DNA of 64,000 nt from Podarcis tiliguerta (lineage: Eukaryota): NCBI GenBank assembly GCA_965153285.1, contig OZ229110.1. One strand, 5' to 3'. Under the pieces are notes generated by a model. That model was not told the DNA's origin and did no database searches. It worked only from the letters and a program-made list of their open reading frames with translations. Made by a program: the position numbers and the translations under genes. Below are positions 12,212-26,592 of the stretch, one piece after another; within the stretch, counting starts at the first letter, position 1, and each line of letters opens with the position of its first letter.

Positions 12212-15200
12212 TGATGAGCTGGGCCCCTTGAGTTCCAATTTCATTTATGTATTACAGTAAGCCTGCAACTTTAACTTTTGCGCATATATGCCTGGGGGGA
12301 AAAATTAGAAAGGGAGCAGGATTCTGGGAAAAATGACTTTAGCCATCCCATCCACCATTGAACCCAATGTGTTTTGAGTATATGTGGTTTTGGCTTCGGG
12401 CACGATCCCCAGACTGTAACCTCCACACAAGTTGCAGGTTTACTGTACTGCAAAAATCAATTGCTTTCAACTTGGTTAGGTGGTATTGTAGATGCTCTTC
12501 TACAGGTAAATAAATACTCTTTCATCTTCTAGGCTACTATTCCAGGTTGAATGTAATGGTGTTAAGGGGCTATAGAGTGAATTTAAGAAAAAATGGGTGA
12601 CTTCTGACCTTGCGGTTGTTGGGCGCATCCAACTTTACTTTCAGTATTCAGCGCATCCCAAATTTAGCCATCCCTATTTCTTTTTGCAGGACTTCATTTT
12701 GTACTTGCTGAAAATGAGTTGAGAGGCAGAAAGAAAAGAGAAAAAGCTACATATATTAGTGGCTATAGAGAGAGGGACTGGTATAAATAGTACTCAAGTT
12801 ACCTTCCTGATTTTTTAAGAGGTATGAAATGTCCTCAAGCTACAAAATAGGCTGTAGTGCACAGTAGCATATTCACACAATAAAATTTAATTTTAAGCTC
12901 TCACAAGACTATTTTTACTATCGCATGCTAAAACTATCCCTCTTGAATTGGTTGTCAGTTATTCCCAGTGGGAAGAAAACTGCCATTGGTGCAAGAGAGA
13001 ACTTGCATCTCACTGGAAGAAACAGGTGCAATTTTGATCCAAACTACAGGAAGAATAAACTGGTTAAAGCCCCGTTCCCACAAAAACACACCATCCCCAT
13101 CTAGTTTACCCTTGAGTCATCTCTAAGTTGAACTATTCAGGTGATACCTCAAGCTATTTTCTGGAGAAACATCCAGGAATTTTAACAGCATTTAAAGAGC
13201 TGGACAAATTCTAGAAACCTGCCAAAGTGAGATTCCTTAGGGGTGATCTCTGCTATTTATGCCAGATGTACTTTCCAGGAAACAATGCATTCTAAATTAG
13301 CAGCTGTATGTCTGGCTCCTAAGCACATTTGCCTGAAATTGAAACTCCACTATGCACATGGAACACCGTTCTTGCACAGGTAAGACAGTAGATTTTGTGC
13401 ATCTTTTGCTGTGGGGTCTCTGGATCAGGAAAGTAAACCTCATTTATTTGAATACAACTATTTAGAATTGGCTGGCTTTTGTGGTAAGGCACTCGCACTG
13501 TCAACATGGAATCAGTGTTTCAATAGCCTAGGATAGAAAGCATGGGTTGCAATACGATAAAAGTTGTTTTCCTGCTTCTTTGTTATCTCACCTGGACCCA
13601 ACTTGGAACCATTATTATTTGGAGGACACAACTCCCTTCCATCTCAGCCAGCATGGCCACTGTGGGTGTTTGGGCTGACCGCACTGGCAGGGCAGCCAGT
13701 TTGGCAAGGCTATCCCAACATACATATCGTGTATCAGACACATTGTACCAGTGGTGATATTTGCTTCCAAATACTTCCACTTGTACTAAAATAATCACAT
13801 CCTGCCCACATATTTATTATATGGAAGGTTAATGGGTCTATTTCCCTCTAAGGGGTTTCTCTCGTGCTAAGAAAAATACCATCTATAAATAGGTCCTGAA
13901 AAGCACCAGCTTCCTAATATTACACTATAAGCCTGCATTTATTTGCAGTAGGTTCAGAGCTATTACACCGCGAAAGCAGAAAAAAGCCCTGAGGCTTAAT
14001 TTGAGCCAAGGCTCACTGGTGAATCATTTCAAACCATTGTCAGTGCAATGGCTTAGCCCTGCAATACCTAAAGACAGTGCACATTTAACCATGTGCAGAA
14101 TATTCCAGCCCAGTTTACTCACCAGTCCATCTCCCGGGCCCAAAGATGTGATGTCTTCAATAGGCATGCACCTCTTGGACATACCAGCGTTTGTTTCAAT
14201 TGTGAATATAGACCATTTTCTCCCACCTGCCTCTTCTGCTTCAGGATGAAGCTTTAAGAACACATAGATCCTTGTTTGTAATTTGAAGGGCAAGTTTTTA
14301 AAGATAAGACCATGTTTACTGAAGGGCAATTCTTGATTGGGGGGACCCGAGTCGCTAGTAGGAGGGATGTGTTGCAAGTTTACACTGAGGTCAGGAAGAA
14401 TTCCATAAAGGCTTGAGGTACAGAAAAGATAAAGAGGGCAGTCAGCTGCACAACTAACTACTCTCAGCCAGTATCCAAATGTGTGCATATTTGAAATGCA
14501 ATCTAATTCATTTTTAAAAAGTAAAGCACGAGGAAACACAAATGGGAGATGAAGATGGGAGATACCTCCACTCTATTTTGTAGTGGAGATAAATGACAGC
14601 TCTTGCGTATATAAGTAGAGATAATTATTATCACAACAACAAGCAGAGTATATGCCTTGTGAAGCAAAATAGGAAAAGAAAATATTATCAGACTCTGTTG
14701 TGAAGGCATAATACCCTTCCTATGCAACTGAACACAATGGTACTGTTAGAATAAAGGTAATGTATATTGTTAACCACTGCCTTTAGACACTGTGAATTTT
14801 AGGGGTGGGCTGGGCTTCTGTATTTTTATAAATTGTACTATGTAAAGAAGAATTAAGAAATAAAACTCAAACAACCTACTAAGCTTCTGAGTTGTTTGTT
14901 AGCAGTAGATAAGATGACAATGGAGTTTAAAGCTGTGGCTGAAGCAAAGGTGCTGAAAGAAATTTATCAATAGTAGCTTCTGGGCAAAGTCCTCATGTTG
15001 GTTCCAACTTTTGATGTAGACATAAAATCCCATTATCCATGGAATCCAAAACTTGCTAAATAAGATTAGGGTTCTGGCCACATTACTCCATCACAGGGGA
15101 GTAGAAAGAACAGACATTCCCTTCTGCGGAGCCTGCCTCCCCTGGATGAAGTTTAGAAACCGTCCCTTCATTTCAGAGAGTGTGCTTGACAAACCACCTT

Positions 15201-16179
15201 GACACACATTTATTTGGATATCACAAAGCCAAATGATTTCCAGTAGCTACTAGAAATGCAGCTCCCAGTATATTCAGATAATGAAAATATTGAACTACTA
15301 TGGAAGCGGATATTAGCCCCCAAACTACCAATTATAGAAATGGTACAAAACAGACTTGCCTCTCTCTATGTGGTGGGGTGGAGACGCCCTCTGGAACAGT
15401 TGTCAACTGTCCCTTAAGGTTTATTATGGGATAGGAGATTAATTATTCCCTGTCTGAAATACAAAGTAAGGAAATAAGTGCAAAGTAAGTTATGATGATA
15501 AAAAGACATGAAGAAAAAATGTCCTAGAGTAAGCAGGGGCAATCCAAGTCATCCTATGTAAGTCTGAAATAACCACTCAGAATAATTTTGATTCCAAGGA
15601 GGACTACACAGGACACAAAAACAAAAGGTGGAAACATAAGGTAGTAAAGCAACCTACACTGTCCTGGACAGATACTTTTCAAAAAGAAAGGGAAAGATTG
15701 GTTGCACAGGGGACCTTCTACCCAAGTAACCATTGGATACAACCCTATACAAAATTAATATACCTTAATCCATTGAAAAAAGTTATTAATTCCTACAAAA
15801 GCTAGTCAATTAAACAATCCACACTTCATTAAATCAACTGGAGGCACATTTCAATCCATTACTTAGACAATCAGCATTTAAATAAACCATAACTATGTTT
15901 AGCAATCAGCTAAACAAAACTTAGTCATTAAAAACCCCCAATTAACTATCCGACTATTCATTCTAATTGATTTCCCCCCAAGAGTAATAAATTTATAGGA
16001 ACTCTATTGCTGCAAATTAATGTTTCTAATACAAAAAGCCAAAGGAAAACATTCATCGCATGTTCACTTTTACTTAACTCAAATTCATCAGTTCATTATG
16101 CTGCCAATTCATTGTAGATACTAATCTCCTAATCCAGAGGTTGATCATTAATTCCTCTGTTTATCGAAGAGTATCAATA

Positions 16180-16526
16180 CTTGGTATCTAAATGGGACTC
16201 CATGCTTTCATCTGCTGAAAGCAGCATGTATCACACACAGAGACTATTACAAACATATATCAAGACAGTTTACAATAAATTAATTAAAATAAATAAAAAT
16301 AAAAATAATCCCAACACCATTAACAGTCAGTACAAAATTCAACTTAAAAAGTTTGACAAATGACTGGTATCAGTAGCCAGCACAACAGTGTGTGTGGGGG
16401 GGTGAGTATTCCAAAGAGTGGGCACCACAAAAAAAACCCTCTTTGGTTGGGAAGATGAGCTTCTGCAGAATGTGGAACAACCAGGAGGGCCTCAGTAGGT
16501 GACCTTAGTGAGAAGACAGGTCTGTA
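16180..16526 (-). mobile_element. Degraded L2-type LINE 3' fragment
   Basis: Minus-strand remnant RPVFSLRSPTEALLVVP resembles the L2 ORF2 C-terminus (R.LRS....LL.VP), followed by a T-rich 3' region. Confidence 0.55.
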
Positions 16527-17357
16527 CACTTATTTTATAGTATAACCTTTAAAATACAAACAGAATGTACTTACAGAGACAAATAACGTTTCCTTGCAGC
16601 CGTTTTATGCCTCCAGCCTTTGTTCTTGCCAAACAGGATGATCCCTTCTGGTGGTGGTGCAGAAAAATATTTATGGGAACAGTAGCTCCTACCTGGACAG
16701 ACTAGTAGTTGGAACCCAAGCTGCAGGAATGTTGCCTGCTTGCTAAACCATAGCACTGAAAAAGGGGAAGCAAGGCAAACCATGTGGATAGGGGAGAGGG
16801 ATATGGAAGTAACAACTTACTTTGTTGCTGGTCCTATCTTCCACCATGATAGCTTATCCCTGATAGTCAGTGAGTCACTAAAGAACCCAGCAAGATTCAT
16901 AACTGAGTAGATTTTCCCAGTCCAAGCCAGACAAAAGTCCAAGCCCATATAAAACACTGGAACTAGTAAACTTGTAATTTGCTTTCCAAACATCTATTCA
17001 AGGACACATGAATCTCTCTATCTATGAGGTGTTAGGACATCTTGAATGAAAATCCCCACCAGCTCCAGTTATTTCTTAAGCACAGTAGCTCCAATGAGTT
17101 CACCCAGCTCTGCCAGCTTCAGAACCAGACCCATTCTCATGTGAACTGTTCCTCACCTTTGCATGTGCAGGCAAAGATCTGCTTGCTCCAATGAGGTAGG
17201 ACAAGGCTTGTTCACATGATTAAAGTATTCAACTCTTGTCTCAGATTAGTCATTGCTTCCCCAGTCATAAACCTTAAAATTTCTTCCCCCACCCCTGCTA
17301 CTGTTAATGTATCTTTCAACTTCCTCTAATTGAAAAACTATTTCTAAGCACCTACAT

Positions 17358-17475
17358 CAGGCATAGATGTTTTGGGGCTACAACTCCCATCATCCCTAGC
17401 TAGGAGGATCAGTGGTCAGGAATGATGGGAATTGTACTCCCAAAATAGCTGGAGGGCTGAGTTTGCCTATGCCTG
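17358..17475. mobile_element. hAT (URR1-like) MITE with 8-bp TSD
   Basis: TIRs CAGGCATAG...CTATGCCTG; perfect TSD ACCTACAT at 17350-17357 and 17476-17483; palindromic body ACAACTCCCATCATCCCT/AGGAATGATGGGAATTGT. Confidence 0.92.
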
Positions 17476-20400
17476 ACCTACATCTCTTCTATTAAAATGA
17501 AATTTGAAACAGTTAAGGCAAATATAATTTATGTTTTTCTGCCTCATTTGGGTTTATTTAATATTAATCCATTGGCACATAATTCTGTATCAGTGTATTC
17601 TGTATGATCAAACGGTTAGGCTAAATTTATGGAAGTGTTTTAATTTATTAGCCTATGTTTACTGGCTGCATCCATTTTTTAAAAATGTATGTACTCAACC
17701 AAAGTATAATTTGCCACTGCAGCATGACAAGTGCCTTAAAGCATAATCCTACCCACACTTACCTGTGAGAGCCTCACTGAGCTCAACGGGGCTGATTTTT
17801 ACTAATGTAGATAGAACATTGCACTCCTACTGACTAGTTCCACTTGCCTGAAATACAAACAAATGAATATAAAACTATAAAACTGACCATCAGAATTTCT
17901 TTACATCTGGAAGGGTTACCAGCTCTTCCCTCTCCTACTTTATATTTCCTGTCCTATTTTAAAGGCAGGGGACAATTAACAAGACCTTTTAAGATTCCAT
18001 TAATACATAGTAATATTGTGCCGCTGAACCTTTGGCTTCAGACAAACATCTTGAATTTTACTATGCTAGAACTTCAAACAGGGCTGATTGTGTGGGTTTT
18101 TTTTCATTTAAAAAAATCAGCTTTAGACTCTTTTGCTATATATAACCAGGAAGCCAGTAGACTTCAATTTCCAAGGACACTGCTCTTAACGCAAAAGAAG
18201 AAGAAAATGGGCTATTTACTTGCTTCAAGAACCAGAGCCATATGATCAACATTTATAGGCTGAAAGACTAGTCCCAATGGTCTTGAAATAACATTTTTTA
18301 TCATTGTTACATATCACTATAAAATGGGCCCATTTTGATTGAGGGATGATCATAGATTCTTATTGGGAAAATGTTATCGCTCTCGTCCCTTTTATTAATC
18401 AAACTAAAGACCATGGAAAGTGACAAGAGTCAGGGACACTTGTAGTTTATGTTCCGGTGCAACTGGAAATTTATATCACAGTCTTGTGCTGAAAATTACA
18501 CCATAATATCATAAAAAATAGATTGGATTTCTAATAACCTGAAACCAGCTACACCTGCATGCATAATGCCTCATTCCTAGTCAATCATAAGCTATAATTT
18601 TGAGAGTTTTCATATTCACAAATGTGCCTCTGGGAATTTATTTTTTTAATGCATCCGATTAGAAAGTAATTGAGAGGCACCACATCAGTAAAAACAAACT
18701 TAGTGTGAACTAGATTGAGCTTTATCCCCTAGATTCCTTAACACTTTACATGCGGGAAATTTCTACTTGGAATTGTTTAGTATTAAGGCACATTTGTGCA
18801 CAATTAGCACATCCACACATCCTTTGCTAATTGGTCTGCAATGTAATGCTAATCTACTCTTCAACTGACTAAAACTACAACATCTCTAGGAAGCAACATG
18901 TTTGTCCTTCCTCCTTTCTTTAGTTTTCCACAACAAACACACCAAAATATAAAGAGCAGAAATTCTAAACTTTGTTTTTGTTATCCAAAGCATCTTTCCT
19001 TCAGTACAGCACAAGTGACACTTACCTGTGCCTTCAGCTTGTCTGTTGAGAATACAAGGTAAGATGTGTTATCTTCGTCCATAAAAAGCCAAATTCAGGA
19101 TTAGGACCTGACTTTACCAGGTTACTATTAAAGCCATCCCATTTGAAAAAGTTCACATCAACAGAATCAGTGTTAGATGAAATCTAAGGCATCACCTTGA
19201 TATTTTTTGTCCCAAGTCAGAAATGACTGTGACTCATCATATCAGACATAAATGTTGTACATTTTTCTAGGTTAAACAAATACTCTGAGGAAAATACATA
19301 ATAAATATAACAAAACATGTAAACTTTTTTTTAAAAAAAAACCCCACACACATTAAAACCATAATTACACAGGTGTTTTTACAAGCTTTATCCAAATCCT
19401 GAATCATCATCTTATAGATTAAAGAACAGAACAGTAGCTTTTTTTGTTTACAAGACACAGCTTGTCACAAAAACCAGCCCTTGATGGGATAATTTGAGGC
19501 CAATTCTGAAACAAGAAACAAAGATTCTGTTGCTTGTGATTTGGAAGATCATCTCATGGAACTGTCTTGAGAAAAGCCCAACTTATTTTTGAGTTTTGAC
19601 AATTCACCCAAAAATTGCATGTCCAGTTCTTCTGGCAGCTGCCATTTGTACAATGACCTGGAAAACAATCCCTTGTTAAACCTGTTCCTAAGCTTGCATC
19701 TCTTGCCAACAGACAAAAAGCCATGTTGGAATTCTCCACAACAAAGCCAGCAGCAGATACCTCAATGAATATTATCATCGCTCTAGGATATTATATGGCA
19801 TCCAAGCACAAAAGATGACTCACAAGCTACAATTAACCTTTTTAATGTGTATCAAGTATTACACAAGTTAACACCAAACACTTACAGCAAGATTCCAGTT
19901 TAAAGAGAACTCCAAAGTGATAGGTGAAGTTTACGTTTCTAGATGTATTAGACAGTGGGTTTTAAATAAGTTTTATTAAAAAATAAAAGACATCACAGAC
20001 ACAATCCATGAGAAACCTGTCCTACTTAAGTTCCAAAGGGAAAATAATAATGAATGGGAATAGGGCAGGACCACACCTCTAAATTTATTTCCATGAGATG
20101 AATGCAGGATATGCTTCTGACAGATTGTGCCCCATGTCAGCATATTACATACAAAAGTAGAACTTGCCCTAAAATAAAAATATCCTTTTTTCCTACAAAA
20201 TTACAGAAAGCAAAATGCTTACAAATCCTAATGAAATCATTTTATGTTCTATGTATTTGTTTTTACAATTTCAGGTTAGATTTACAAAAAGTCATACCCA
20301 CAAATGAAAGGGAATCGTTTTTACTACAGGTTCACACCACCAGGCCTAGTTAAAACAAATCCTGAGATGCAATTAAAAATCCATGCATTTTAACATATAA

Positions 20401-21822
20401 AACTTTCTCTGAAACATAAAAGTGAGGATACTGCATATCGCAGAACATGCAGAATTCTGACAGGTGAACGACTACATGCATATAAAAAAGTTGAGTTCAA
20501 AGAAAAGCTTAGACATGAGAAAACAGTGGCTGTAAAAAATTAGTTAAGCTAAATGTGGAGTTACTGAATTGAGGTTTGTCGTGAACCTTAAGCAAAGGAC
20601 AACCAACCTAAGATCAGACCAAAGTGTTTTTGACATTTCACCACAGCTCAAGCCAATACTCCTCAACACCTGTGTGACCCAGTTTACCAAACACTTTATT
20701 TAATGGATTGTGTTGTTTCAGAACCTGCAGCTGTATATCCAAATGAAACAAAAATATGGATCTTAAGATGTCAAGTTGGACAACTGAAGGCTCATGGGAG
20801 ATAGCAATAAACCTCTCCAGCTCACATTGGGAAATCCTGACACTAGATTCAATTCTTCCCATATCTGAAACATTGCAGATACAAATACAGAAAGAATGCA
20901 AAGTGCCCTAACTGGTACAAAAAATGTGGAGTGCAATGAAGGCAAACTGTAGAGGGGGTTTGATCCTGAAACTCTCAGGCTCCTTGTTCTGGAGGGGGAA
21001 AACAGAAAATGTAAAAAAGACTCTGCTACATGTTCAGAAACCCAAAGGAAGGACCAATGCATATGCTGCCATTGCATAGAACAGAAAAGCCACTCAACAT
21101 GGCACTGCCAAAAGGAATTAAGCTTTTCTTCTTTAAAATAATAAAATCCAAGCCTTTCTGGTTGTGAAGATATGCTTCAAAAATGGCAATGGAGGGTGAA
21201 ATCTCAAAAGCCAGAGTTAGAGGGCAGTCTATTGTCAGCTCCTTGAACCTCTCAATCACTAGCACAGATAGGAATATATCGTACAACATCAAAGCATATT
21301 AATTTATGTAAGTTTCTGAATTCATTGTTTGGTACAGAGTACTTCTCTTTTCAGTCAGTGGTCTTCTAGCCTGGGTTAGAGAGGATCCTGGCCCATTTCC
21401 AGGGGTGGCAGTGCAGACTTCTACTATACAATTGCGTTTTCCATGCCGTAACAAAGATTCATTGATTTCCTCATACAAACCCAGGTCATGACGCTTTCCT
21501 AACATGCCCTTTACCACAGCCTACTGCAATTATCTACATTTTCTTCTATTTATTTACTTATTTCATTCATTCATTCAAATAGAACATATAAAAATTGGTT
21601 TTTATCTATATTTTCTTTAAAAAATACACAATTCAGTTAGAATAAAGTATGTTAGTGTATTTGAAATAATGTAATGCAAAAATCTTGGATCTGGGGGTGG
21701 AGTGGATTTTTTTATCTTAGAATAGGGCTGCCACCAATTAAAATATCAATAATGAACTCAGGTTTAGTAAAATAATTAAAGAATTAGTCAAATCTGCACA
21801 ATTATTGCATATGAGAAACTAA

Positions 21823-22022
21823 GGGTTGCACCCAATATGGCATAAGCAGAAGGCAATCTCACTCAACACCTTGCTCCCCCCGCCAGTACCCTGCAACCCC
21901 TTGCAGCCCAGAGGACAGCTCACAATGTTGGGCAGGTTCTCCCAGCCCTTTGGATAGGATTTTGGCAAGCACAGTGGCCTCTGGGCAAAGAGAAAGAGCT
22001 CATGCAACATGGGATACAACCC
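21823..22022. mobile_element. Old non-autonomous DNA element (possibly PIF/Harbinger-like), GGGTTG..CCCA termini
   Basis: GGGTTGCACCCA ... TGGGATACAACCC imperfect TIRs. Diverged relatives appear at about 32735-32945, 36405-36610, 42150-42290, 56550-56710 and 61830-61990. Superfamily assignment is inference. Confidence 0.4.
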
Positions 22023-24267
22023 AGTAGTTCTAAATAAAAACGTGTGCGGTAGCACACATCATCTTAGAAAAGGGACTCCCCATTCTCTCACGCAAGGGCT
22101 GGAGATACTTCTATGATGGAATTGGTCATCAATAGTACTTATAATTACCGTGTGTGTGTGTTCATTTGATCAAAATATTTTGATTAACTGATTACGTGAT
22201 TAAATGTCACAGACCTTATTCATTTGTTTCTGCATGCACAACGCAGCCACACTGACCAGTATTTTCCATTTCACATGCGAAAATAATTCCACATGCTTAT
22301 CTTGTTTGAACTTCTAGGCAGGATGCAAGTCACTGAGCACGGACAGAGGTGGGCATTCTTCCCCCCAAGCTGGAAATGATCAATGATAAAAAGATTTGGT
22401 GCATTCTCTCAGGAACATATTTTTAACACTCTGGCACGTAAATTCTTAACACGTTTACTCGAAATTAAATTTGTTTGAATGATACCAAATCCCCAAGTAA
22501 GTGTGGCTCTAGCATCAAGCTATGGGATGTAATTAGAATGGCAATCAGTGCCTTTCACTGTTAACTGATAAAATACTGATATAAATTTAGATCATTATAT
22601 TATCATTTCAATATTTAGACATTTAGAGAGAATCGATGTAAGACTGCTCTGAGAAGAGTTCATATTCCTGACTCATTCAAAACAAGGGCAGATCTACTCA
22701 TTTGAATGAGACCAAGCAAATGTCTAACAGATAATAAAACTTCACTAATTTATTAGAGAACATATTGTGCAGGCTGCCTGGAGCACAAGGTTAGATAAGA
22801 TATAGTCCACTGGGAATTTCTCCTGTACAAGTTACACTGAATGAAGGGGGGCAACACAAGATTGTGCTGCTCCTATTCACTTCAACAGAACTTGCATGGA
22901 AGAACTTCTCTTCGGTGTCTTCATGATAGTCTATATATAACCATTCCTATACAATTGCTGTATGTACCTATCTAGCCAACCGTGTCACTTTCACTTTAAT
23001 GTTGGGAAATAACTGATGAGTAAAAAGTATAAGCAACCATATCACATACAAAAAGTATTTTCCAAACCACTTTTGCTGCCCTAGCAACTTGAGAAGTTAC
23101 CACTATTATGCAATATAATTATAAAGCAAGTTACTGACCAAATCAAAATTTCTGCTATCAGAACCTTTATAGGCTGTCTTGAGCCACTGTATAATGTATA
23201 GCCTTCATATTCATTAATTCTACCTAATGCCTATATATCTACTTCCCTTTTTAGTAAAGCACACGCCTGGAGGTGGCTCATTTTGCACTGTGTGTTCAAT
23301 CTTTATAAAATCAAAATGTTTTCCACACATTCAATAGCACACACAAGGATATAACACCTCTTCAGGTTATGCCTTACATATGAGATATGAGAGTAGGAGG
23401 CCACCTTGTCTGAACAGGAGATCTGCACTACCTAAAAGATGGGACCACAGATCTGTCTTATCCTAGACAGTGACAATAAAGTTATACCTGTATTATCTCA
23501 CACACATCAGATGAGGACACCAAGTTCAAAAAGGGACTGGCCCAAGCACAACTCCAGGAAATGAAGCCGCAGATCCTACTCACATTTTCTAGTTCTCAGC
23601 CAACAAGTTGGGGGTTTCTTTTTAACAACACAAATATAAGAAGAAAAAAGGACACTATCACAATGTTGCCACCAAGCTGCCCTCTGACTGGGAGGACATC
23701 TACTTGCACCAATCTTCTAGTTCATTTTTAAGTGCTCAAGAGAAGTAAGACAAAACTCAGGAACAAAAAAATGCCTTGATTCCTCTTGGGAGCAGATTAA
23801 GAGTACACAGAGAGTTTCTTTCCCTAAAATCCCAACATTGAGAAATGCCTTGAAGCGTAATCAAGGGGAACACTTAACCTGATTCTATGGACTCATTTTA
23901 GCTAATGCCACACAAATAACATGGCAGCCAGGAGGGGTATGTGTATGTGAAAAAACATCATCTGCTTCTTGTGAAAGTACTTCAAATGTATACAGTTGCA
24001 ATCCCAGTAGGATAACTCTTAGCAAAAAGAAGGTTCAACCTTGATGTAACTGGGACCAGGAAGTATTAATTGACATTGCTATTAGATGAAAGCTAGATTG
24101 TTCCCTACTGGGCAATGAAAGGGTGTTAAGTGGATGGCCTTGTTCCTCCTTGTAGGTGTTGCACCCCAAGAGAAAAATCATGTGGCAAGAGCTGTGAGGA
24201 AGCCTGCTTGAAAAAAAATACAGAAAAGCCTGCCTGTAAAGTGAGGGGAAATCAGAATCTTTCTATA

Positions 24268-24347
24268 CAGTCATACCTTGGGTTACAGACGCTTCAGGTT
24301 GCGTTTTTTCAAGTTACGGACGCTCCGAAACCCAGAAGCATCCACTG
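24268..24347. mobile_element. Short, internally deleted Tigger/pogo-like MITE
   Basis: TA|CAGTCATACCTTGGGTTACAGACGCTTCAGGTT...CCACTG|TA; related to 53207-53432. Confidence 0.75.
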
Positions 24348-26592
24348 TATTGCAGATTAAATTGGCTATATTTTGGCTGAAAGGTACTTCTAAGAGAAAG
24401 GTTTTTCGTCTTTCATGAGCTGTCAGGGATCAGTTCATCAAGCTGTCACATCCTATTAACCAATGGCACCATAACAACAACAAAAAGTTGACGCTATAAA
24501 ATGACACGAATAATTCCATTTAAGATCCTAAATGCAAACTGAAGAAATATTTCAGTTATCCACAGAATAAAACGACTGGACAAACAGAATAAAGCCATGT
24601 GTCTGAGAAATATTGCTTAATTTCTGAATTACAGTGGCCAAATGAATCAAGAGTGGCAGAATGGAACTTCTTTGAAGGAGTGAAACATATCCAAATTCAA
24701 AGTTCTCACTGAAGCATAATATTAGATTGTGGAATCCACAAATGCCCCTGAGCAAGATGGCTTTGTTACCTCCTCTTAAAAAAAAAAAGTCACTCAACTG
24801 TGTTATGTAAACTATGTCATTACTTGAAGAGATTGCTTTTCGAATGGACAATGGCACTAAATATTTCATTAGAATTTCGACACTGTGGAAATTTACTACT
24901 AAAAAACACACTCGTAAGATTTGTATGTGCAAACAATATTTTACACGCATGCACACAGACCGACCGACCAACGGAAGAGAACAAGCTCAGGATGAAAACT
25001 CAGTATTAACAGAGCTATAAGAATGCTCATGAAAGTGTTTCAAAATATTTGTGTTAGTAGAGAAGCATACTGGCCACAATTGAGTAAACACAGGTTGACA
25101 ATTCCCTCTCTCAAATGGATGATAGCAACATGTATTTTGCATAAGATTTCTTGCAAAGCATGAGCACGTGAAGCTTTGTAAAACCAACTGGAGAAGCTAG
25201 ATGGGCTTTTGAAAACAAAGCCAACTCAATAATATGTGTCGTAATACAGGATACACAGTACTGCAACTACCATGTTATGCAACGTTCCAAGGCTGGAATC
25301 AGACTTTGCTCCTGCTGGTGGACAAGGGAGATTCCCTGCTCTCCTGCACCCTCAGCCTCACCCACCTCCTGAGTTGGGCTGAAACACTGTGGGAGGGAGA
25401 AGAGAAATTGGTAAATGCCGCCCCCACCAGTGGGATCTGCCCACTGGATTGAAAGCTTTCTATAGAAGATAAACTCTGGATCAATTTGATTTGCCATTTA
25501 ATTTTGTTACCCGAAAGTACCACCACTGAATATCTGTTTAAAAACAAAATCACACAAGATAGGCACTCTTTAAATTGTAAACTAGCTTGAAAACACACGT
25601 GACTTGTCACAGAAAAGCTATAAATTTTGTTCAGTCAGCTTGATAAAACATTGGGAGGACAGCTTGCAGTATTGGATGGAGAAATGAATTAAAAATATCC
25701 CAGTAAAGGTAGTGCTGACCCATTGTACCTTCACAACCGATGTCATTCCTATACTAAGGCAATTAATTGTTTTAAACATAACTGAATATATAGCACCAAC
25801 TGATAGAAGACCCTTCAATGTGTCAAGAAGGGGAGTGGTTAGAAAACATTAGCAATTGCTTCATTAGAAAATAAACGTAGTGTACAAGGGGCATGTCAAG
25901 ACATTTATATGGATTTTAAATATTTGGTCATAGTTAAAATCCTAGAAGGATAATTTCATATCTACCTACTATTCTCATTTTGATAGAGCTTAGAGGACTC
26001 ATAGTGAGGGAACAAGTTGTTCAGCCCTAATTAACTAGGTTGCAAATATTTGGTCATCAAAGTGACACTTGTCTTTTCATATACTACACCATGGGGGATA
26101 GTATATTGTTTAAAAAGCAGGATAAATATTGGAACATCAGAATTCTTACTAGACTCTTTAGGCTGCAAAAATAGACTTTTTTGTGATGGTGAATATGTTC
26201 CTCCCTTAAACCCTAAGTAAGATATTCATTTTGTAAATGGCTTGAGTTGGCACAAAATCTGTATACCCAGTTAAATAGCTTATTAAATAAAAATCTCACA
26301 GTTAATAAACTATAGCTTCTCCCTAACGCACATTCTTCTGAGTGTGTGCTTTTAAAAAAATATTCAAATTCCCATTCAAGTACAACACTCACCATCGTTA
26401 TCAAGATAATAAAATCTGAAATTAGGAAGTGTACTTTAAAAACCACTTTGTAAGTTCAGTTAAAAGGTCAATGTTAAAACTGTTTAGGTTTTTTTTAGCT
26501 TTGACCTTTGGTCTTTTCAATTTCCAAAGGAAAGAGGCAGAGCAGGGTTCTAACTTCCATCCTCTTCTGGAGCTCCCTTCTGTTTTGTGCTA

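Larger units (their letters stand above)
19950..26592 (-). other. SLC49A4: Putative SLC49A4 3' UTR (long form; shorter forms possible)
   Basis: Downstream of the stop. Minus-strand ATTAAA at 25497-25502; AATAAA at 22749, 21549 and 19972 (also 18391). The 19972 signal has an AU-rich upstream region and a GU-rich downstream element (19861-19890). Extent inferred. Confidence 0.4.

Noticed and set aside
15745-16030. G-poor A/C/T-rich tract resembling a NUMT (LLIPTKASQLNN is faintly ATP6-like)
   Set aside because: The similarity is only a few residues and does not continue; no clear mitochondrial tRNA or rRNA match. BLASTN against a lacertid mitogenome would settle it.
19020-19066. Strong splice-donor look-alikes on both strands within 45 bp (CAG|GTAAGT on -, AAG|GTAAGA on +)
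   Set aside because: No convincing partner acceptors or reading frame; probably chance.
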